Positions 43,115-57,448 of a stretch of DNA of 64,000 nucleotides are shown piece by piece. Source of the stretch: Setoptus koraiensis (Eukaryota; Animalia; Arthropoda); assembly GCA_048013815.1 (NCBI GenBank), contig CM106586.1, forward strand, positions 372,001 through 436,000, in the 5' to 3' direction. The notes beneath the pieces are model-generated. The model was not told the DNA's origin. It ran no database searches and saw only the letters and a program-made list of their open reading frames with translations. Made by a program: the position numbers and the translations under genes. The number at the start of each line of letters is the position of its first letter. Positions within the stretch are counted from its first letter, which is position 1.

Positions 43115-46100
43115 GGTTGGTTGGTTGGTTTGGTTGGTTGGTTGGTTGGTTTGGTTGGTTGGTTTGGTTGGTTGGTTGGTTGGTTGGTTTGGTTGGTTGG
43201 TTTGGTTGGTTGGTTTGGTTGGTTGGTTGGTTGTTGGTTGGTTGGTTGGTTGGTTGGTTGGTTGGTTGTTTGGTTGGTTGGTTGGTTGGTTGGTTTGGTT
43301 GGTTGGTTGGTTGGTTGGTTGGTTGGTTGGTTGTTGGTTGGTTGGTTGGTTTGGTTGGTTGGTTGGTTGGTTGTTGGTTGGTTGGTTGGTTGGTTGGTTG
43401 GTTTGGTTGGTTGGTTGGTTGGTTGGTTGGTTGGTTGGTTGGTTGTTGGTTGGTTGGTTGGTTGGTTGGTTGGTTGGTTGTTGGTTGGTTGGTTGGTTGG
43501 TTGGTTGGTTGGTTGTTGGTTGGTTGGTTTGGTTGGTTGGTTGGTTGGTTGGTTGTTGGTTGGTTGGTTTGGTTGGTTGGTTGGTTGGTTGGTTGGTTGT
43601 TGGTTGGTTGGTTGGTTGGTTGGTTGGTTGGTTGGTTGGTTGGTTTGGTTGGTTGGTTGGTTTGGTTGGTTGGTTGGTTGGTTGGTTTGGTTGGTTGGTT
43701 GGTTTGGTTGGTTTGGTTGGTTGGTTGGTTTGGTTGGTTGGTTGGTTGGTTGGTTGGTTGGTTGGTTGGTTGGTTGGTTTGGTTGGTTGGTTGGTTGGTT
43801 GGTTTGTTGGTTGGTTGGTTGGTTGGTTGGTTGGTTGGTTTGGTTGGTTGGTTGGTTGGTTGTTGGTTGGTTGGTTGTTGGTTGGTTGGTTGGTTGGTTG
43901 GTTGGTTGGTTGGTTTGGTTGGTTGGTTGGTTGGTTGGTTGGTTTGGTTTGGTTTGGTTGGTTGGTTGGTTGGTTGGTTTGGTTGGTTGGTTGGTTTGGT
44001 TGGTTGGTTGGTTGGTTGGTTGGTTGGTTGTTGGTTGGTTGGTTGGTTGTTTGGTTGTTGGTTGTTGGTTGGTTGGTTGGTTGGTTGGTTGTTTTGGTTG
44101 GTTGGTGGGTGGTTGGTTGGTTGGTTGGTTGGTTGGTTTGGTTGGTTGGTTGGTTGGTTGTTGGTTGGTTGGTTGGTTTGGTTGGTTGTTGGTTGGTTGG
44201 TTGGTTGGTTGGTTTGGTTGGTTGTTGGTTTGTTTGGTTGGTTGGTTGTTGGTTGGTTTGGTTTGGTTGGTTGGTTGGTTGGTTGGTTGGTTGGTTGGTT
44301 GGTTGGTTGGTTGGTTGGTTGTTGGTTGGTTGGTTGGTTGTTGGTTGGTTGGTTTGGTTGGTTGGTTGGTTGGTTGGTTGGTTGGTTGGTTGTTGGTTGG
44401 TTGGTTGGTTTGGTTGGTTGGTTGGTTGTTGGTTGGTTGGTTGGTTTGGTTGGTTGGTTGGTTGGTTTGGTTGGTTGGTTGGTTGGTTGGTTTGGTTGGT
44501 TGGTTGGTTGGTTGGTTGTTGGTTGGTTGGTTGGTTGGTTTGGTTGGTTGGTTGGTTGGTTGGTTTGGTTGGTTGGTTGGTTTGGTTGGTTGGTTGGTTT
44601 GGTTGGTTGGTTTGGTTGTTGGTTGGTTGGTTGGTTGGTTGGTTGGTTTGGTTGGTTGGTTGGTTGGTTGGTTTGGTTGGTTGGTTGGTTGGTTGGTTGG
44701 TTTGGTTGGTTGGTTGGTTGGTTGGTTGGTTGGTTGGTTGGTTTGGTTGTTGGTTGGTTGGTTGGTTTGGTTGGTTGGTTTGGTTGGTTGGTTGGTTGGT
44801 TGGTTGGTTGGTTTGGTTGGTTGGTTGGTTGGTTGGTTTGGTTGGTTGGTTGGTTGGTTGGTTGGTTGGTTGGTTTGGTTGGTTGGTTGGTTGGTTGGTT
44901 GGTTGGTTGGTTGGTTTGGTTGGTTGGTTGGTTGGTTGGTTGTTGGTTGGTTTGGTTGGTTGGTTGGTTGGTTGGTTGTTGGTTTGGTTGGTTGTTGGTT
45001 GGTTGGTTGTTGGTTGGTTTGGTTGGTTGGTTGGTTGTTTGGTTGGTTGGTTGGTGGTTGGTTGGTTGGTTGGTTGGTTGTTGGTTGGTTGGTTGGTTGG
45101 TTGGTTGGTTGGTTGGTTGGTTGGTTGTTGGTTGGTTGGTTGGTTGGTTGTTGGTTGGTTGGTTGGTTTGGTTGGTTGGTTTGGTTGGTTGGTTGGTTGG
45201 TTGGTTGGTTTGGTTGGTTTGGTTGGTTGGTGGGGTGGTTGGTTGGTTTGGTTTGGTTGGTTGGTTGGTTGGTTGTTGGTTGGTTGGTTGGTTTGGTTGG
45301 TTGGTTGGTTTGGTTGGTTGGTTGGTTGTTGGTTGGTTTGGTTGGTTGGTTGGTTGGTTGGTTGGTTGGTTGGTTGGTTGTTGGTTTGGTTGGTTGGTTG
45401 GTTGGTTGGTTTGGTTGTTGGTTGGTTTGGTTGGGTGGTTGTTTGGTTGGGTGGTGGGTTGTTGGTTGGTTGGTGGTTGGTGTGGTTGGTTGGTTGGTTT
45501 GGGTTGGTGGTTGGTTGTTTGGTTGGTTGGGTGGTTGGTTGGTTTGGTTGGTTGGGTTGGTTGGTTGGTTGGTTGGTTGGTTGGTTGGTTGGTTGGTTGG
45601 TTGGTTGGTTTGGTTGGTTTGGTTGGTTTGGTTGGTTTGGTTGGTTTGGTTGGTTTGGTTGGTTTGGTTGGTTTGGTTGGTTTGGTTGGTTTGGTTGGTT
45701 TGGTTGGTTTGGTTGGTTTGGTTGGTTGGTTGGTTGGTTTGGTTGGTTGGTTGGTTGGTTGGTTGGTTTGTTGGGTTGGGTTGTTGGTTGGGTGGTGTGT
45801 TGGTTGGGTTGTGGTTGGTTGGTTGGTTGGTTGGTTGGTTGGTTGGTTTGTTTGTTGGGTTGTTTCGTGGGTTGGGTGGTTGGTGTGGTTGGTTGGTTGG
45901 TTGTTTGTTGGTTGGGTTGTTGGTTGGTTGTTTTTTGTTTGGTGGTTGGTTGGTGGGTTGTTTTGGTTGGTTGGTTGGTTGGTTGGTTGGTTGGTTGGTG
46001 GTTGGGTGGTTGTTGGTGTGGTTGGTGTGGTTGGTTGGTTGTTGGTTGGTTTGGTTGGTTTGGTTGTTGGTTGGTTGGTTGGTTGGTTGGTTTGGTTGGT

Positions 46101-46805
46101 TGTTTGTTGGTTGGTTGGTTGGTTGGTTGTTGTTTGGTTGGTTGGTTTGTGGTTTGGTTGTGTGGTTGGTTGGTTTGTGTGGGTGGTTTGTGTGGTTGTG
46201 TGGTTGGTTGTTGTGTTGGGTGGTTGGTGTTGGTTGTTGGTTGGTTTGTTGGTTGGTTGGTTGTTTGTTTGTTGGTTGGTTGGTTGGTTGTTTGTTGGTT
46301 GGTTGGTTTGGTTGGTTGGTTGGTTTTGGTTGGTTGGTTGGTTGTTGGTTTGGTTGGTTGGTTGGTTGGTTGGTTTGGTTGGTTGGTTTGGTTGGTTGGT
46401 TGGTTGGTTGGTTGGTTGGTTGGTTGGTTGGTTGGTTGGTTTGGTTGGTTGGTTGGTTTGGTTGGTTGGTTGGTTGGTTGGTTGGTTGGTTGGTTGGTTG
46501 GTTGGTTGGTTGGTTGGTTGGTTGGTTGGTTGGTTGGTTGGTTGGTTTTGGTTGGTTGGTTGGTTTGGTTGGTTGGTTGGTTGGTTGGTTTGGTTGGTTG
46601 GTTTGGTTGGTTGGTTGGTTGGTTGGTTGGTTGGTTGGTTGGTTTGGTTGGTTGGTTGGTTGGTTGGTTGGTTTGGTTGGTTGGTTTGGTTGGTTGGTTG
46701 GTTTGGTTTGGTTGGTTGGTTGGTTGGTTTGGTTGGTTGGTTGGTTGTTGGTTGGTTGGTTTGGTTGGTTGTTTGGTGGGTGGTTGGTTGGTTGGTTGGT
46801 TGGTT
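43115..46805 (+). repeat. (TTGG)n array with TTTGG and TTG variants, about 3.7 kb; telomere-like
   Basis: Seen directly; G-rich strand runs toward the gap. Confidence 0.97.
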
Positions 46806-47305
46806 NNNNNNNNNNNNNNNNNNNNNNNNNNNNNNNNNNNNNNNNNNNNNNNNNNNNNNNNNNNNNNNNNNNNNNNNNNNNNNNNNNNNNNNNNNNNNNN
46901 NNNNNNNNNNNNNNNNNNNNNNNNNNNNNNNNNNNNNNNNNNNNNNNNNNNNNNNNNNNNNNNNNNNNNNNNNNNNNNNNNNNNNNNNNNNNNNNNNNNN
47001 NNNNNNNNNNNNNNNNNNNNNNNNNNNNNNNNNNNNNNNNNNNNNNNNNNNNNNNNNNNNNNNNNNNNNNNNNNNNNNNNNNNNNNNNNNNNNNNNNNNN
47101 NNNNNNNNNNNNNNNNNNNNNNNNNNNNNNNNNNNNNNNNNNNNNNNNNNNNNNNNNNNNNNNNNNNNNNNNNNNNNNNNNNNNNNNNNNNNNNNNNNNN
47201 NNNNNNNNNNNNNNNNNNNNNNNNNNNNNNNNNNNNNNNNNNNNNNNNNNNNNNNNNNNNNNNNNNNNNNNNNNNNNNNNNNNNNNNNNNNNNNNNNNNN
47301 NNNNN
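46806..47305. other. Scaffold gap (500 N)
   Basis: Run of N. Confidence 1.
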
Positions 47306-50300
47306 AACCAACCAACAACCAACCACACAACCAACAACACCAACCACACCAACCAACCAACAACCACAACACCAAACCACCAACCACCAACCAACAACCA
47401 ACAAACCAACCAACCACCAACCAACCAACACAACCACAACCAACCAACCCAACCAACCACAAACCAACCAACAACCAACCAACCAACACCCAAACAACCA
47501 ACCAACCAACCAAACCACCAACACAACCACCAACCAACCAAACCAACCACCACAACCAACCAACCACAACCAACCAACCAAAACCAACCACACCAACCAA
47601 CCAACAACCAACCAAAACCACACCAACCACACCAAACCAACCAACCACCAACACCAACAACAACCCAACCAACACAACCAAACCACACCAACCAACCACC
47701 AACCCAACCAACCACAACCACCACAACAACCAACAACCACCAACCACCAACCAACCAAACAACCAACACCACACCAACCACAACCAACCACACCAACCAC
47801 CAAACCCACCAAACCAACCAACCAACCAACACCCAACCAACAACCAACCAACAAACCAACCCAACCACAACCAAACCCAACCAACACCCACACCAACCAA
47901 CCAACCCACAACACAACCAACCACACCAACCCAACCAACCACCACACAAACCAACAACCAACCAACCAACCAACCAACCACAACCAACAACCAACCAACC
48001 AACCAACCACAACCACCACAACCAACCACCAACCAACCACAACCACACCAACCAACAAACCAACCAACAACCACACCAACAACCAACCAACCACACAACA
48101 ACCACACCAACCAACAACCACCAACCAACCCACCAACCAACAACCACCAAACAACAACCACCCAACCAACCAAACCAACCAACCTACCAACCAACCAACA
48201 CCAACCAACCAACCAACCACCACAACCACCAACCAAACCAACAACCAACCACAACCAACCAACCAACCACCAACCAACCAAACCAACCAACCACCACCAA
48301 CCAAACAACAACACCAACCAACCAACCAACCACACAACAAACCACCAACCAACCACACCAACCAACAACCAACACACCAACCACCAAACCAACACCAACA
48401 ACCAACCAACACCAACACCAACAACCAACCAACACCAACAACCACCAACACACAACCAAACCAACACCACAACCCAACCAACCAACAACCAACCAACCAC
48501 AACCACCAACCAACCACCAACCAACCCAACAACAACCAACAACCAACCAACCAACCACCAACAACCACACACCAACAAACCAACCACCCACCAACACAAC
48601 CACCAAACCAACCACACCAAACAACCACAACCACCAACCAACCAACCAACCACACCAACACACCAACCAAACCAACCAAACACAACCACCACAACCAACA
48701 AACCAACCAACCAACCACACAAACCACCACCAACCAACCAACCACAACCAACACACAACCACACCAACCAACCAAACACACCAACCACCAACCAACCAAA
48801 CCAACCACACAACCAACCAACCAAACCAACACAACCAACCCAACAACCAACCAACACCAAACCACCCAACCAAACCAACCAACAACACCCAACCAACCAC
48901 CAACCAAACACAACCAACCAAACAACCAACCACCAACCACCCAAACAACCAACACAACCAAACCAACCAACCACCAAACCAACACACCAACCAACAACCA
49001 CCAACCAACAACACAACCACACCCAACCAACCAACCACACCAACCACCAACCAACCAACCACCAACCAACCAACAACCAAACCACCACACCAACCAACCA
49101 ACACCAACCAACCAACACCACACCAACCACAACACAACAACCAACCAACAACCAACAACCAACACCAACACAACCAACCACACCACACCAACCACACCAA
49201 CAACCAACCACCAACCAAACCAACCACCAACAACCACAACCAACCAACCACACCAACCCACCAACCAACCAACCAACCAAACCAACCACCAACCAACCAA
49301 CCACCAACCAACCAACAACCACCAACCAACCACACCAACCACCACCAACAACCAACCAACCAAACCACACCACCCAACCACCAACCAACCAACACCAACC
49401 AACACCAACCAACCACCAACCAACAACCAACCACACAAACCCAACCAACAACCACCAACCACCACACCACAACCAACACCACCAACACAACCACACCAAA
49501 CAACCACCAACCAAACAACCACCAACCAACCCACACCACAACCAACACCACCAACCACACCAAACAACACCAACAACCCAACCAACAAAACCAACCAACC
49601 ACCAAACAACCAACACAACCAACCACCCACCAACCAACCACACCAACAACCAACACCCAACCACAACAACCACCAACCACACACCAACCAAAACCCAACA
49701 ACCAACACAACCACCCACAACCCACCAACAACCAACACCACACAACCACAACCACCAACCAACACAACCAACACAAACCACCAACCACCCACACAACCAA
49801 CCAACACCCAACCCAACCACCAACCCACAACAACCAACACACCAACCAACCACCCAACCAACCAACACCCAACCAACAACCAACCACACCACCAACCAAC
49901 CACCAACCACCAAACCAACCAACCACCAACCAAACCAACACACCCAACCAACCAAACAACCAACCACCACAACCCAAACCAACACAACCCAACCACAAAC
50001 CAACCAACACCAACAAACCAACAACCAACCAACCACAACCACACCAACAACCACCACCAACCAACAACCACACCAACCAACAAACACAACCACACCAACC
50101 AACCAACCACCAACCCACCAACCAACAACCAACACCAACCAACAACCAACCACAACCACACCCAACCAACCAACCAACAACCACCAACCACCAACCAACA
50201 AACCACACCAACCAACCACCAACCAACCAACCCAACCACACAACCACCAACCAAACAACCACCAACCAACCACCACCAACACAACCAACACAACCACACC

Positions 50301-53300
50301 AACCAAACAACCACCACCAACCAACCACAACCCAACCAACACCAACCAACCACAACCAACCAACCACACCACCAACCCACCAACACAACACCAAACCACA
50401 CCACCAACCAACCAAACCAACACAACCACCAACACAACCACACCAACCAACCAACCACAACCAACACAACCAACCACCACCAACCAACACCAACAACCAA
50501 CCAACCACCAAACCAACCAACCAAACACCAACACAACACCACCAACCAACCACCAAACCAACAACCACACCAACCACCAACACAACCACCCACAACACAA
50601 CCACCACACAACCAACCAACCAAACCACCCCACCAACCACAACCAACCACCAACCACCAACCACCACAACCAACCAACAACCAACCAACCACCAACAACC
50701 AACCAACCAACAACCAAACCACCCAACCCACCACCCACCCAACCAACCACACACCCCACCAACCACACCACCACCAACCCACCAAACACCCAACCCACCA
50801 ACCAACCAACCAACCAACCAACCAACCCACCACAACCCACCACCCACCCCACAACCAACCAAGCCCACCAACCAACCAACAACCCACAACCAACCAAACC
50901 ACACCAACCAACCAACCACCAACCAACCAACCACCAACCACAACCAACCACCAACAACCAACCAAACCAAACAACCAACCAACCCAACAAACCCACCAAC
51001 AACCACACCAACCAAACCACCCAAACCAACCAACCACACCAACACAAACCAACCAAACCAACCAACCAAACCAACCAACCAACCAACCAACAACCAAACA
51101 AACCAACCAAACCACCAACAACCACCAACCAACCAACCAACCAACAACCAACCAAACCAACAAACCAACCACACAACCAACACAACCAACCACCAACACC
51201 AACAAACCAACAACCACCAACCAACAACCACCAACCACACCAACCAACACACCAACCAACAACCCAACCAACCAACCAACCAACACAACCACACCAACCA
51301 ACCACAACCAACCAACCAACCAACAAACCAACCAACAAACAAACAACCAACCAACCAACCAACCAACCAACCAACAACCACCAACAACCCAACCCAACCA
51401 CCCCACCAACCAACACCAACCAACAACCAACCACCAACCAACCACCCAAACAACCAACCACAACCACACCAACCAACCAACAAACAACCAAACAACCAAC
51501 CCACCAACCAACCAACCACACCACCAACAACAACCAACCAACCACCAACCAACACAACCAAACCAACACAACAACCAACCAACCACACCAAACCAACCAC
51601 CACCAACAAACCAAACCCAAACCAACCAAACCACACCAAACAACCCACAACCAACCAACACCAACCACAACAACAACCAACCACAACCAACCCAACAACC
51701 AAACCACCCAACAACCAACCAACCAACCAACCAACCAACCAACCAACACCAACACCAAACAACCACAACCACACCAACACAACCCAACCACACCAACCAA
51801 CCACACCAACCAACCAAACAACCAACCAACCAACCAACCAACCAACCAACCAAAAAACCACAAACCACCAACCAACCAACCAACAACCAAACCACACCAA
51901 CCAACCAACCAACAACCCCAACCAAACACAACCAACCAACCAACCAACCACCAACACAACCAACCAACAACCAAACCAACCAACCAAACAAACCACAACA
52001 AACAAAACAACCAACCAACCAACCACCAAACCAACCACCACAACAACAACCAACCAAACCAACCACAACCAAACAACCACACCAACCCACAACCAACCAA
52101 CCAAACAACCCAACCAACCAACCAACCACACCAACCAACCAACCAACCACACCAACACCAACCAACCAACCAAACCAACCAACCAACCACACCAACCACC
52201 AACCAACCAACCACACCAACCACAACACCAACCACCAACCAACCAACACCAACCAACCAACAACAACCAACCAACCACCACACCAACCAACCAACCAACC
52301 AACCAACAAACAAAAAATAACAAAAAACCAAACAACCAACACAACCAACCTAACAAACAAACCAAACCAACCACAACCCACACCAAACAAACCAACCAAC
52401 CAACCAACAACCAACCAACAAACAACCACCAACCAACCAACAACCAACCCACCAACCAACCAACCCAACCAACCAACCCAACCAACCAACCCAACCAACC
52501 AACCAACAACCAACACAACCACCAACCAACCAACCCAACCAACCAACAAACCACCCAACCAACCACACCAACCAACCAACCACAACCACCAACCAACCAA
52601 CCCAACCAACCAAACCAACCAACCAACCAACCACCAACCAACCAACCAACCAAACCAACCCACCAACCAACCAACCAACCAACCAACACAACCAACCCAC
52701 CAACCAACACCAACCAACCCAAACCAACACAACCAACCACACCAACCAACCAACCAAACCAACCACAACCACACCAACCAACCACCAACCAACCAACCAA
52801 CCAACCAACCAACCACCAACCAACCAACCAACCAAACCAACCAACCAACCCACCAACCAACCAACCACAACCAACCAACCAACCAACCACCAACCAACCA
52901 ACCAACCAACCAACCCAACCAAACCAACCACCACCCAACCAACCAACCAACCCACCAACCAACCAACCAACCAACCAACCACCCACCAACACACCAACCA
53001 ACCCACACCAACCAACCACCACCAACCAACCAACCAACAACCAACCACACCAACCAACCAACCAACCACCCACCAACCAACCAACCAACCAACAACCAAC
53101 CAACCAACCAAACCACCCACCCAACCAACCAACCAACCAACCAACCAACCAAACCACACAACCAACAAACCAACCAACCACCAACCCAACCAACCAACCA
53201 ACAACCAAACCAAACCAACCAACCAAAACCAACCAACCAACCAACCAACCAAACCAACCAACCAACCAAACCAACCAACCAACCAAACCAACCAACAACC

Positions 53301-56300
53301 AACCAACCAACCAACCAACCAACCAACCAAACCAACCAAACCAACCAACCAACCAACCAACCAACCAAACCAACCAACCAACCAACCAACCACCCACCAA
53401 CCCACCAACCAACCAACCAACCAAACCAACCAACAACCAACCAACCAACCAACCAACCAACCAACCAACAACCAACCAACCAACCAACCAACCAAACCAA
53501 CCAACCAACCAACCAACCAACCAACCAACCAAACCAACCAACCAACCAACCAAACCAACCAACCAACCAACCAACCAACCAACCAACAACCAACCAACCA
53601 AACCAACCAACCAACCAACCAACCAACCAACCAACCAAACAACCAAACCAACCAACCAACCAACCAAACCAACCAACCAACCAACCAACCAACCAACCAA
53701 CCAACCAACCAAACCAACCAAACCAACCAACCAACCAACCAACAACCAACCAACAACCAACCAACCAACCAACCAACCAACCAAACCAACCAACCAACCA
53801 ACCAACCAACCAACCAACCAACCAACCAACAACCAACCAACCAACCACCAACCAACCAACCAACCAACCAAACCAACCAACCAACCAACAACCAACCAAC
53901 CAACCAACCAACCAACCAACAACCAACCAACCAAACCAACCAACCAACCAACCAACCAACCAACCAACCACCAACCAACCAACCAACCAACAACCAACCA
54001 ACCAACCAACCAACCAACCAAACCAACAACCAACCAACCAAACCAACCAACCAACCAACAACCAAACCAACCAACCAACCAACCAACCAACCAACCAACC
54101 AACCAACAACCAACCAACCAACCAAACCAACCAACCAACCAACCAACCAACCAACCAACCAACCAACCAACCAACCAACCAACCAACCAACCAACCAACC
54201 AAACCAACCAACCAACCAACCAACCAACCAACCAACCAACCAACCAACCAACCACCAACCAACCAACCAACCAACCAACCAACAACCAACCAACCAACCA
54301 ACCAACCAACCAACCCACAAACCAAACCAACCAACCAACCAACCAACCAACCAACCAACAACCAAACCAACCAACAACCAAACCAACCAACCAACCAACC
54401 AACCAACCAACAACCAACCAACCAACCAACAAACAACCCAACCAACAACCAACCAACCAACCAACCAACAACCAACCAACCAACCAACCAACCAACCAAA
54501 CCAACAACCAACCAACCAACCAACCAAACCAACCAACCAACCAACCAACCAACCAACCAACCAACAAACCAACCAACCAACCAACCAACCAAACCAACCA
54601 ACCAACCAACCAACCAACCAACCAACAACCAACCAACCAAACCAACCAACCAACCAACCAACCAACCAACCAACCAAACCAACCAACCAACCAACCAACC
54701 AACCAACCAACCAACCAACCAACCAACCAACCAACCAACCAACCAACCAACCAACCAACAACCAACCAACCAAACCAACCAACCAACCAACCAACCAACC
54801 AACCAACCAACCAACCAACAACCAAACCAACCAACCAACCAACCAACCAACCAACCAACCAACCAACAACCAACCAACCAAACCAACCAACCAACCAACC
54901 AACAACCAACCAACCAACCAAACCAACCAACCAACCAACCAACCAACCAACCAACCAAACCAACCAACCAACCAACCAACCAACCAACCAACCAACCAAC
55001 AACCAACCAACCAACCAACCAACCAACCAACCAAACCAACCAACCAAACCAACCAACCAACCAACCAACCAACCAACCAACCAACAACCAACCAACCAAA
55101 CCAACCAACCAACCAACCAACCAAACCAACCAACCAACCAACCAACAACCAACCAAACCAACCAACAACCAACCAACCAAACCAACCAACCAACCAACCA
55201 AACCAACCAACCAACCAACCAACCAACCAACCAACCAACCAACAACCAACCAACCAACCAAACCAACCAACAACCAACAAACCAACCAACCCACCAACCA
55301 ACCAACCAACCAATAAACCAACCAAACCAAACAACCAACAAACAAACAACCCAACAACCAACCAACCAACCCACCATACAACCAACCAACCAACCAACCA
55401 ACCAAACCAACCAACCAACCAACCAACCAACCAACCAACCAACCAACAACCAACCAACCAACAACCAACCAACCAACCAACCAACCAACAACCACCAACC
55501 AACCAACCAACCACCCAACCAACCAACAACCAAACCAACCAACCAACCACCAACAACCAACCAACCAACCAACCAACCAACCAACCAAACCAACCAACAA
55601 CCAACCAACCAAACCAACCAACCAACCAACCAACCAACCAACCAACCAACCAACCAACCAACCAACCAACCAACCAACCAACCAACCAACCAACCAACAA
55701 CCAACCAAACCAACCAACCAACCAACCAAACCAACCAACCAACCAACCAACCAAACCAACCAACCAACCAACCAACCAACCAACCAACCAACCAACCAAC
55801 CAAACCAACCAACCAACCAACCAACCAACCAACCAACAACCAACCAACCAACCAACCAACCAAACCAACCAACCAACCAACCAACCAACCAACCAACCAA
55901 CCAACCAACCAACCAACCAACCAACCAAACCAACCAACCAACCAACCAACCAACCAACCAACCAACCAACCAACAACCAACCAACCAACCAACCAACCAA
56001 CCAACCAACCAACCAACCAACCAACAACCAACCAACCAACCAACCAACCAACCAACCAACCAACCAACCAACCAACCAACCAACCAACCAAACCAACCAA
56101 CCAACCAACCAACAACCAACCAACCAACCAACCAACCAACCAACCAACCAACCAACCAACCAACCAACCAACCAACCAACCAACCAACCAACCAACCAAC
56201 CAACCAACCAACCAACCAACCAACCAACCAAACCAACCAACCAACCAAACCAACCAACCAACCAAACCAACCAACCAACCAACCAACCACCAACCAACCA

Positions 56301-57021
56301 ACCAACCAACCAACCAACCAACCAACCAACCAACAACCAACCAACCAAACCAACCAACCAACCAACCAACCAACCAACCAACCAACCAACCAACCAACCA
56401 ACCAACCAACCAACCAACCAACCAAACCAACCAACCAACCAACCAACCAACCAACCAACCAACCAACCAACCAACCAACCAACCAACCAACCAACCAACC
56501 AACAACCAACCAACCAACCAACCAACCAACCAACCAACCAACCAACCAAACCAACCAACCAACCAACCAACCAACCAAACCAACCAACCACCAAACCAAC
56601 CAACCAACCAAAACCAACCAACCAACCAACCAACCAACCAACCAACAACCAACCAACCAACCAACAACCAACCAACCAACCAAACCAACCAAACCAACCA
56701 ACCAACCAACCAACCAACCAACCAACCAACCAACCAACCAACCAACAAACCAACCAACAACCAACCAACCAACCAACCAAACCAACCAACCAACCAACCA
56801 ACAACCAACCAACCAACCAACCAACCAACAACCAACCAAACCAACCAACCACCAAACCAAACCAACCAAACCAAAACCAACCAACCAACCAACCAACCAA
56901 CCAACCAACAACCAACCAACCAACCAACAACCAACCAACCAACCAAACCAACCAAACCAACCAACCAACCAACCAACCAACCAACCAACCAACCAACCAA
57001 ACCAACCAACCAACCAACCAA
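47306..57021 (-). repeat. (CCAA)n array, about 9.7 kb; telomere-like, opposite orientation
   Basis: Seen directly; degenerate near the gap, more regular toward 57 kb. Confidence 0.97.
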
Positions 57022-57030
57022 CACAAACGA

Positions 57031-57283
57031 TTCGCGCACAAGTTGTCGAGCTATTCGCGCACAAGTTGTCGAGCTATTCGCGCACAAGTTGTCGAGCTAT
57101 TCGCGCACAAGTTGTCGAGCTATTCGCGCACAAGTTGTCGAAACATTCGCGCACAAGTTGTCGAGCTATTCGCGCACAAGTTGTCGAGCTATTCGCGCAC
57201 AAGTTGTCGAGCTATTCGCGCACAAGTTGTCGAGCTAATTCGCGCACAAGTTGTCGAGCTATTCGCGCACAAGTTGTCGAGCT
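57031..57283 (+). repeat. 23-bp tandem repeat TTCGCGCACAAGTTGTCGAGCTA, about 11 copies
   Basis: Starts at 57031, 57054, 57077 ...; one variant unit and one 1-nt insertion. Confidence 0.95.
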
Positions 57284-57448
57284 GATAAGACGTATTTCTC
57301 ACCAACTTAATCGCCACCAATAAACACAGATAATTCTACCTGTACTTCAAAGTACACTATCATAATTCTCATATTAAGTATCCCTCACCAGTGTATTATT
57401 CACAACACGTGATATACAAGAGAACTCTCAATTATTTACTCCGACAGG

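Noticed and set aside
42442-57238. Giant ORFs of 1563-4839 aa (NQPT / WLVG repeats)
   Set aside because: Translations of a stop-free tetranucleotide array read across an N gap; not genes.
57031-57283. CRISPR-like appearance of the 23-bp repeat
   Set aside because: Units are directly adjacent with no spacers, no cas genes, eukaryotic context.
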